Shown: piece by piece, positions 57,645 to 64,000 of the stretch
Layout of the letters: every line of letters begins with the position of its first letter
Position numbering within the stretch: position 1 is the stretch's first letter
NCBI GenBank assembly: GCA_005223125.1
Contig: NJBH01000006.1
Span: 97,507-161,506 of the forward strand
Origin: Promethearchaeota archaeon Loki_b32
GTDB lineage: Archaea > Asgardarchaeota > Lokiarchaeia > Sigyniarchaeales > SOKP01
Direction of reading: 5' to 3'
Length of the DNA stretch: 64,000 bases
Position numbers and translations under genes: made by a program
The notes under the pieces: model-generated
What the model saw: the letters and a program-made list of their open reading frames with translations, nothing else
What the model was told of the DNA's origin: nothing
Databases searched by the model: none

Positions 57645-57806
57645 AATCGTAATAAATTTTATTTTCAAACATTAAAGTAAATCATTCTACTAATTCATAT
57701 TCATTATTCGATCTATAGATTTAATCTGTTGATCTCTTAGTTGAATGGAAATTTACTGAATTAGATAATAAATAAAACTTAAAGTATTGGTTAATTATAA
57801 AAAATA

Positions 57807-58343
57807 ATGGATGAAAAAGAAGAAATTTTACCCGATCGGGAATTTGTATTAAATGTATTGAAGATTTTAAAAATCCCACTTTCAGTTCGACGCCATTCAG
57901 AGAAAGTCGCCGATAAAGCAATACAAATTGCAAATAAATTAAAAAATGCTCAAGTTAATATGAATTTAATTGAGATTGGTGCTTTACTACACGATATTGG
58001 GAGAACAAAAACTCATGACTTCAAACACGCTCTAATAGGAGGAAAAATTTTAAGACAAAGAGGTTTTTCCGAAAAACTTGCAAGAATTTGTGAAACTCAT
58101 ATTTTAGGAGGTTTAGACAAAGATGATGCTAGAAAATTTGGATTACCTATAAGAAATTATTTGCCAGAGACTTTAGAAGAAAAAATAATATGCTTAGCAG
58201 ATAAACATATGGCCGGTACGAGAGAAGTCTCAATTCAAGAAAGATTTAATCGATGGTTTCAGAAATACGGTAGGAGTAAAATCTTAATAAAATCAAAAAA
58301 ACGAATCGAAAAGATTCAAAAAGAAATTAAAGGATTAATGTAG
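57807..58343 (+). CDS. HDIG-domain metal-dependent phosphohydrolase
   Basis: HS..V, LLHDIG, HA, ETH, PETLEEKII..AD. Confidence 0.88.
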   Translation: MDEKEEILPDREFVLNVLKILKIPLSVRRHSEKVADKAIQIANKLKNAQVNMNLIEIGALLHDIGRTKTHDFKHALIGGKILRQRGFSEKLARICETHILGGLDKDDARKFGLPIRNYLPETLEEKIICLADKHMAGTREVSIQERFNRWFQKYGRSKILIKSKKRIEKIQKEIKGLM

Positions 58344-58374
58344 CAACCTTTCTAATAATTTTTTCTTTATATAT

Positions 58375-59664
58375 TTAAGTTGTATCACATTTTAGTTCCT
58401 GACTTTTACATAAAACTTCATAGTCTCTATCTAAAGAGAGGAGCACATTTTTTATTATCATGCATGTTTCCTTCAATATTTTAGGATCTACCTTATCAGG
58501 AGTATCAATTTTATTATGAGAATACTTACTACCCGCTCTTGTAACAATATCAATAGAATCAAATCCTCTTAAATGAAATGGAACAGAATCAGTATGAGCA
58601 CCTGTAGATAAATGAAATCCTTTGATATTTACATTTTCTTCTTTTGCAGCTGTATCTAAATATTTACTGAGTAAAGGAGCAATTTTCTTTTGAGGTAATA
58701 CTCCATAGGATTTTAAATACTCTACTTGATTTTTTTGTTCACATGAACAAGAGATCATATCTAAATTAATTTGAAAAACTCTACCTTTCACAAACTCGCC
58801 TTCATGATTGTTTACAAATACTCTAGACCCCATTGTTCCTAATTCTTCTGCAGAGAATTGACAAAACCATGTATTAAAGTTATGAAGAGGATTTTCTTTA
58901 AGATATCTGCTTATTTCAAAAACTACTGCCATTCCAGAAGCATCATCTAAAGCACCTGGTGAATTATTATGAGTGTTTAAAAATATCAGAAAGATGTTTG
59001 AGATAGAAATAAGTATTGTAAAAGCCCATATTCCACTTCCTACTACCAAAAGATTTATCTTAATTATTGTATAGGTGCGAATAAATAATAAAATAAAAAA
59101 TAGCCCTAGAAAAATCCCTCCATATAACCAAATTCTATAAAAAAAAACCCTCCAATATGTTTTAAAAGTTTGAGACTTAGAATCTAAATGAGCAGAAATT
59201 ATTATATCCCCGGCTTGATCTTCTGTTAGCTTTTTTGCTGGTAATTTTATAAAGACATTAGTAGCGGAAATTGTCTTTCCATAATATTCTCCCCAGAATC
59301 CAGAATTTTCTGGATGTTTTAAACCTTTTATAATTAGGAAAACTACAATTGCCATTATTCCACTTATAATAATTGTAATATAAAGGTTAATATAAATAAA
59401 CATCAAGATAAATAACGAAAAGGTTAAGTTGATAACCATTATTAAATTTATAAGTGTAGTAGAATAGAAATCAGAAAATTGGAAAGGCTCTTTTTGAATT
59501 ATTCGATCATCATAACCAATGTCTTTAAAAGTCTTAATTGTTAAATCAACAGCTTTTTTTTCTCCACTTGTTCCAGCAAGGCGAGGAAAGCTAAAATCTT
59601 TAACAAAATTATATATTCTATCAACATTAAACGATTGATCTTGTTTGGAATTTCTAATACTCAA
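58375..59664 (-). CDS. M28 family metallopeptidase with transmembrane insertions (paralog of 47578-48717)
   Basis: PRLAGT, SAHLDSK, GALDDASG, AEELG..GS, NLDM, TD, H...DT. Confidence 0.82.
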   Translation of the reverse strand: MSIRNSKQDQSFNVDRIYNFVKDFSFPRLAGTSGEKKAVDLTIKTFKDIGYDDRIIQKEPFQFSDFYSTTLINLIMVINLTFSLFILMFIYINLYITIIISGIMAIVVFLIIKGLKHPENSGFWGEYYGKTISATNVFIKLPAKKLTEDQAGDIIISAHLDSKSQTFKTYWRVFFYRIWLYGGIFLGLFFILLFIRTYTIIKINLLVVGSGIWAFTILISISNIFLIFLNTHNNSPGALDDASGMAVVFEISRYLKENPLHNFNTWFCQFSAEELGTMGSRVFVNNHEGEFVKGRVFQINLDMISCSCEQKNQVEYLKSYGVLPQKKIAPLLSKYLDTAAKEENVNIKGFHLSTGAHTDSVPFHLRGFDSIDIVTRAGSKYSHNKIDTPDKVDPKILKETCMIIKNVLLSLDRDYEVLCKSQELKCDTT

Positions 59665-59753
59665 TTTTTTCTAAAAGGATTTGAATTTTAATAAATTATC
59701 TCTATTTTTATTATAGTATTAGAAATTTATGTTTTATTATTTCATTTTATAAT

Positions 59754-60359
59754 TTAGCTCAAATTCTTTATTTTTTCTATGACTATTTTTTGAATATTTT
59801 CTTGTACAATCTCGATTATATCATCTGAGCTAATAATATGATAATTTTCTTCTTTAGCACGTGTAAGATAAAGATTTCTTACTTTAGCTAAGAAAGAACT
59901 ATCCTCAAATTTTTCCAAATCTTCAGCTTCTTTTCTTGCTAAAGCAATTTTTGGGTTAATATCTAAAATCATTGTAATGTCCGGTAACCCTACAAATTTG
60001 TTGATTTCTTTAACCCAATCAACAGTAATTTTATCTGATTGAACAGATTGATATACTATTGAAGATTCTATATATCGATCAGAAATAACAATATACCCTT
60101 CCTCGAGTTTATTCTTTATTTCATTTTTATAATGGAGATCTCTATCAGCAGCAAATAGTAATGCGTCTGTAGTAGGGGGAATTTCCTTATTTTTCAAAAA
60201 TTCTCTTATTAATATTCCAATTTTACTTTGTGAAGGTTCTTGAGTCAAATAGACTTTAAAACCTTTACTTTCTAAGAAACCTTTGAGGAGGTGACTATGA
60301 GTTGTAGTCCCTGCCGCATCCCCGCCTTCCAGTGCAATAAATAAAGCTTTTTGTGTCAA
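59754..60359 (-). CDS. tmk: Thymidylate kinase
   Basis: LEGGDAAGTTT, EP, LLFAADR, SDRY..SS..YQ, PD. Confidence 0.9.
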   Translation of the reverse strand: MTQKALFIALEGGDAAGTTTHSHLLKGFLESKGFKVYLTQEPSQSKIGILIREFLKNKEIPPTTDALLFAADRDLHYKNEIKNKLEEGYIVISDRYIESSIVYQSVQSDKITVDWVKEINKFVGLPDITMILDINPKIALARKEAEDLEKFEDSSFLAKVRNLYLTRAKEENYHIISSDDIIEIVQENIQKIVIEKIKNLS

Positions 60360-60552
60360 TATTTTTCAAATAAATTTATTTTGCTATAGAATGAACTCGT
60401 CTAAAATTTAGAAATTATTTATCAATAAGGACTTATTTATTTTATTTTTAATTAACTAAATTTATTAATAATTTAACAGAATAAACCATCAATTAATACT
60501 TTTAGAAAATTTTTACCAGTAAAATTAAAATAATTAAATTATCTTATTAAAA

Positions 60553-60945
60553 ATGAGAGAAATGCGTAAAAATAAGAGATTCGCATACTGCAATAATTGT
60601 GAGAAAGAAATTTTCAAACCAAAAAGAAGATCATTTGAGAGTATGTATTACAACATCTGGATTCTTGTGATAATCTCTTCATTAGGTTTTGCAATTATCC
60701 CTTTTCTAATTTATCACTATTACATTGTGAAAAAAAATATTTGTCCTTATTGCCAACATCAATTAGAACTTTACGAAACAAGAGAAGAAATTCCTGATCC
60801 AAAAGCTCAAATCACAAGGATCCTTCAAACTATTGAACAAGAAAAAAATGAAAAAGACAAAGGGTTAAAATGTCCCTTTTGTCAAGAAGAAATAAGTAAC
60901 CAAGAATCTATTTGCCCAAAATGTGGAGCTTCTCTTAAAGAATAA
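60553..60945 (+). CDS. LITAF-like zinc/membrane protein with C-terminal zinc ribbon
   Basis: CNNC - hydrophobic segment - CPYC, then CPFC...CPKCG. Confidence 0.7.
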   Translation: MREMRKNKRFAYCNNCEKEIFKPKRRSFESMYYNIWILVIISSLGFAIIPFLIYHYYIVKKNICPYCQHQLELYETREEIPDPKAQITRILQTIEQEKNEKDKGLKCPFCQEEISNQESICPKCGASLKE

Positions 60946-60997
60946 AAATATATAAGAAAATTACCATTCATTATCTTAAAGTCTGAAGTGAAAAAAA

Positions 60998-61375
60998 ATG
61001 ACAACTTTAAATCCTACTGGATGGTGCCCCCGGTGCCAGCAGAATGTGTTATTGAAACGCGAAGAAATTGACACGTGTTTAGCAATTATTTTATTGATTT
61101 TTACGGCGGGAATAGGTTTAATAATTTACCTTGCAATACACTATAGTAAAGCAGAGGATAGGTGTATACATTGCAGCGCAAAAATCACTGCTCCTCAAAC
61201 TCAGAGTCCTTATATCTCTCAACCTCAAACACAACAAACTTCATATTCTACATCCGTAAATGTTTCTGAAGAAGTAACCGGTTTTAAACCTAGTTATTGT
61301 GCACTTTGTGGAGAAAAATTAGATAGTGGAACAGGTTTTTGCCCAAATTGTGGAAGTCAAATAACAGATAATTAA
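60998..61375 (+). CDS. LITAF-like zinc/membrane protein with C-terminal zinc ribbon
   Basis: CPRC - LAIILLIFTAGIGLIIYL - CIHC, then CALC...CPNCG. Confidence 0.7.
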   Translation: MTTLNPTGWCPRCQQNVLLKREEIDTCLAIILLIFTAGIGLIIYLAIHYSKAEDRCIHCSAKITAPQTQSPYISQPQTQQTSYSTSVNVSEEVTGFKPSYCALCGEKLDSGTGFCPNCGSQITDN

Positions 61376-61510
61376 TTTCTTTTTATTTCCTTTTCAAGTA
61401 TTAGAAGCTGTTTTAATCATTAAATTTAAAAATTGGACTCCACATTTTTTTAATTCAATGAAAATCTCCTTTTAATTAAATTAAAAAAAGCAATTTGGAG
61501 TGATAGAAAA

Positions 61511-61876
61511 ATGTATTGTCCAAAATGTAATAAAAATGTATACACTAAAAAAAATGACTTCAATATTGGATTAGCAATATTTTTAGCAATATTCACTGGA
61601 GGGATTGGTTTATTAATTTATGTTGCTGTTTATTTAGATAGGGAACATAAACCTCGTTGTATTCATTGCGATTCAATCTGTTATGAACAAAGAGAAAATA
61701 ATCAACCAGTTTCAAATTATCATGTGATTAGTACTTCTAATCAAGGACAAAGTCAAAAACTCATCTTAGAATCACATAAAAACGAAGAAAGTTCAAAATT
61801 CTGTTATAATTGTGGATCTGAGCTAGATCAAAGTGAAAATGCTAAATTCTGTGCACTTTGTGGGAGTTCAGCCTAA
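61511..61876 (+). CDS. LITAF-like zinc/membrane protein with C-terminal zinc ribbon
   Basis: CPKC - LAIFLAIFTGGIGLLIYV - CIHC, then CYNC...CALCG. Confidence 0.7.
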   Translation: MYCPKCNKNVYTKKNDFNIGLAIFLAIFTGGIGLLIYVAVYLDREHKPRCIHCDSICYEQRENNQPVSNYHVISTSNQGQSQKLILESHKNEESSKFCYNCGSELDQSENAKFCALCGSSA

Positions 61877-61895
61877 TAATTTATAATTTTTTTTA

Positions 61896-62801
61896 TTATT
61901 TTTTTTCTTTTAAAATCTTCATAAATTCATAAAAATATTCATAAGAGTTTTTAAAATGATTATCTTCTTTAGAATATTCTAAAGCTTCAGAAAAAAGTTT
62001 TGTAAACCCCTTTAAATCTTTATTTTTAATTGTATTTTTATATTCTTTAATTAGATCTTCGAAAATATCTAAAATTTCATGAAATTCAGCATTTTCTATT
62101 TGTATTTCACCGAACATTTCCATTTCACTTTGAATAATACTTTCAGCTAATACTTTCTGTAATAAAAAAGTTGTACCAGTAAATCGAGTTAATTCATTTA
62201 ATGGCTCTTTTGTTCTTTTAAGTAAATTTAAGAATAAAATATTGAGCATATGTGGTACACCAAGGGTTAAAGCTATCCTGGAATCATGTGTGTTAGGTGT
62301 AGTTTCTGCAACAATAAATCCATCTGATCTAAATATATCAATAAGTTCATTAATGATTTCATCATATTGTTCTGTTCCCCCAATTTTCAGTAGAAGGATG
62401 ACATAATTTTTCATATTCTTAATTCCCGGTCCAAACATTGGATGAATTGATAAACAGTTGATAGGATAATTTTTATGACCATCACTTAAGATTTTATATA
62501 CTTCTTGTTTTAAGGACGTTATATCAAAAATTAAGGAATTTTTTTTCATCAAAGGTGTAATTTTTTTAATCATTTTTGAAGTAGAATGAATAGGTACTGA
62601 AACCATTACTATATCAGCATTTTCAACACTTTTTTTAAGATCGAGTTCAAATTTTACTCCTAAATCTTTAGCAACTATTTTCAATTTTTTTTCATCCCTA
62701 GCAAATAATGTAATGTCAAATCCGTGTTGTTTAAAATATTTCCCAAAAACTCTACCCATTCCACCAGAACCACCAATAATCGTAAAATTTTTACCTAGCA
62801 T
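61896..62801 (-). CDS. tyrA: Prephenate dehydrogenase
   Basis: IGGSGGMG, SVP, DITSLK, HPMFGP, HD......PH. Confidence 0.88.
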   Translation of the reverse strand: MLGKNFTIIGGSGGMGRVFGKYFKQHGFDITLFARDEKKLKIVAKDLGVKFELDLKKSVENADIVMVSVPIHSTSKMIKKITPLMKKNSLIFDITSLKQEVYKILSDGHKNYPINCLSIHPMFGPGIKNMKNYVILLLKIGGTEQYDEIINELIDIFRSDGFIVAETTPNTHDSRIALTLGVPHMLNILFLNLLKRTKEPLNELTRFTGTTFLLQKVLAESIIQSEMEMFGEIQIENAEFHEILDIFEDLIKEYKNTIKNKDLKGFTKLFSEALEYSKEDNHFKNSYEYFYEFMKILKEKK

Positions 62802-63670
62802 TATTTCATCCCAAGAAATTCAATTATTTTATTTTTCATTAGATCAATATTTGGTTTTTTGTTAGTCCACCACTCAAACGCTAAAGCACCTTGATTAACT
62901 AACATATCCAATCCCCCAATTGTATTGCATCCGATTTTTGTTGCATCTTTCATCAATTTGGTTTCTAATGGGTTGTAAACTATATCATAAACTATTAAGT
63001 CTTTATGCAAAAATTCCGCTGGAATGGGTGATTTTTCAACACTAGGATACATCCCTAGGGGAGTGGTGTTAATTAAAATGTCAGCTTTTTTAGATTCCTC
63101 CTTTAAAACACTAATGCTATTCCTTTTTCCTTCAACCTTTATGCTAAAATTTTTTTTTAATTCTTTTGCAAGCTTTATTGCTCTTTTTTCAGTTCGATTA
63201 GCAATGATTATTTTATTTATATCTTCAGCTAAAATATATGTTAAAGCTCTTGCAGCTCCTCCAGCTCCTAATATTAAGAGATTTTTTCCTGATGTCGTAT
63301 ACCCTGCATTTATTAGCGCATTCTTAGCTGCCTCTGCATCTGTATTTCTCCCACTTAGATTTCCATTATCATTTTTTATGGCATTAACAGCGCCTATTTT
63401 CTGTGCTATAGGATCAATATCATCTAAATAATTCATAATTTTTTGTTTAAAAGGGAGCGTCACATTAATTCCTTTTATATTAAATGCTCTAAATCCCTTC
63501 ACAGCTAGATTCAGATTATTGGGAGAAACCTTGAACGCTAAATAAATATAATTAAGTTTTAGCTCACGTATAACTGCATTATGCATTATTGGACTCATAG
63601 AATGTTCAATAGGATACCCAATAACACATAGCACTTTTGTATGACTAGAAATAATATCCTTCTCTGACAT
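62801..63670 (-). CDS. aroE: Shikimate dehydrogenase
   Basis: HSMSP.MHN, NVTLPFK, GAVN, NTD, GAGGAARA, NRT, D.VY.P.ET, GLDML..Q. Confidence 0.93.
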   Translation of the reverse strand: MSEKDIISSHTKVLCVIGYPIEHSMSPIMHNAVIRELKLNYIYLAFKVSPNNLNLAVKGFRAFNIKGINVTLPFKQKIMNYLDDIDPIAQKIGAVNAIKNDNGNLSGRNTDAEAAKNALINAGYTTSGKNLLILGAGGAARALTYILAEDINKIIIANRTEKRAIKLAKELKKNFSIKVEGKRNSISVLKEESKKADILINTTPLGMYPSVEKSPIPAEFLHKDLIVYDIVYNPLETKLMKDATKIGCNTIGGLDMLVNQGALAFEWWTNKKPNIDLMKNKIIEFLGMK

Positions 63671-63694
63671 GTTAATAATATTTATCTAAGTACA

Positions 63695-64000
63695 TCATTC
63701 TATAATCTCATCATTAAAATGATTCTCAAATTCCTTTGATCTAACCCTCGTAGCTTCTTTATATCTGTCAATACGGTTTTCCCATGTAGCATCCACGTTA
63801 AAAGCTACCTTCGCAAATTCAATTGATTTAATTGCTCTAGCCAAACCCTCTTGATCTTCGGGACTATAAATTTTTATGGGATCTCCAATAGCAATATTAT
63901 TTGGAGGAATAAAGGAATTAGCCGGAACAACAGTATTCGCATGAACAAAAGCACCTACAGCCACAGCTGCACCAGATTTCACAGCCGCACCTTGTAAAAT
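63695..64000 (-). CDS. Gamma-carbonic-anhydrase-like hexapeptide-repeat protein, 5' end outside the window
   Basis: Frame open to the window edge (ILQGAAVKSGAAVAVGAFVHANTVVP...IAIGDP). Left-handed beta-helix repeats followed by a helix. Confidence 0.75.
   Translation of the reverse strand: MLQGAAVKSGAAVAVGAFVHANTVVPANSFIPPNNIAIGDPIKIYSPEDQEGLARAIKSIEFAKVAFNVDATWENRIDRYKEATRVRSKEFENHFNDEIIE

Noticed and set aside
57807-58343. mptB (cyclic phosphodiesterase) call for the HD protein
   Set aside because: Only generic HDIG motifs are visible, and it is far from the mpt genes.
1-64000. rRNA, tRNA, transposase, integrase or prophage
   Set aside because: No GC-rich structured RNA segment or mobile-element protein motif was recognised. 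A covariance-model scan would be needed to exclude small RNAs.

Overview
AT-rich archaeal chromosome segment, most likely from an Asgard archaeon of the Lokiarchaeia type. This is inferred from the archaeal uS2, the ether-lipid genes, the F420 and methanopterin biosynthesis genes, GGTGA Shine-Dalgarno motifs and a eukaryote-like ubiquitin system. The main feature is a five-gene ubiquitin-like conjugation operon at 550-4850. It encodes an atypical modifier ending in -AG with a SUMO-like N-tail, a UBA3/SAE2-type E1, an E2, a CSN5/Rpn11-type JAMM isopeptidase and a ~6-TM protein with a C-terminal variant RING (candidate membrane E3). Cofactor genes include mptA, arfC, cofG, cofH, a DHPS-like gene, mptD and mptG. 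A sulfatase/glycyl-radical-enzyme block interrupts them. The rest of the window holds a PadR-HAAS module with a palindromic operator, an ether-lipid operon, two orphan N6-DNA methyltransferases, catabolic oxidoreductases, cooC, rps2 with a (QSRG)n tail, three LITAF-like zinc membrane proteins, tyrA and aroE. Several genes appear to need non-canonical ATT/ATA starts, including a reverse rubrerythrin missing from the ORF track. I recognised no rRNA, tRNA, CRISPR array or transposase. All family calls come from motif recognition by eye, not database searches.
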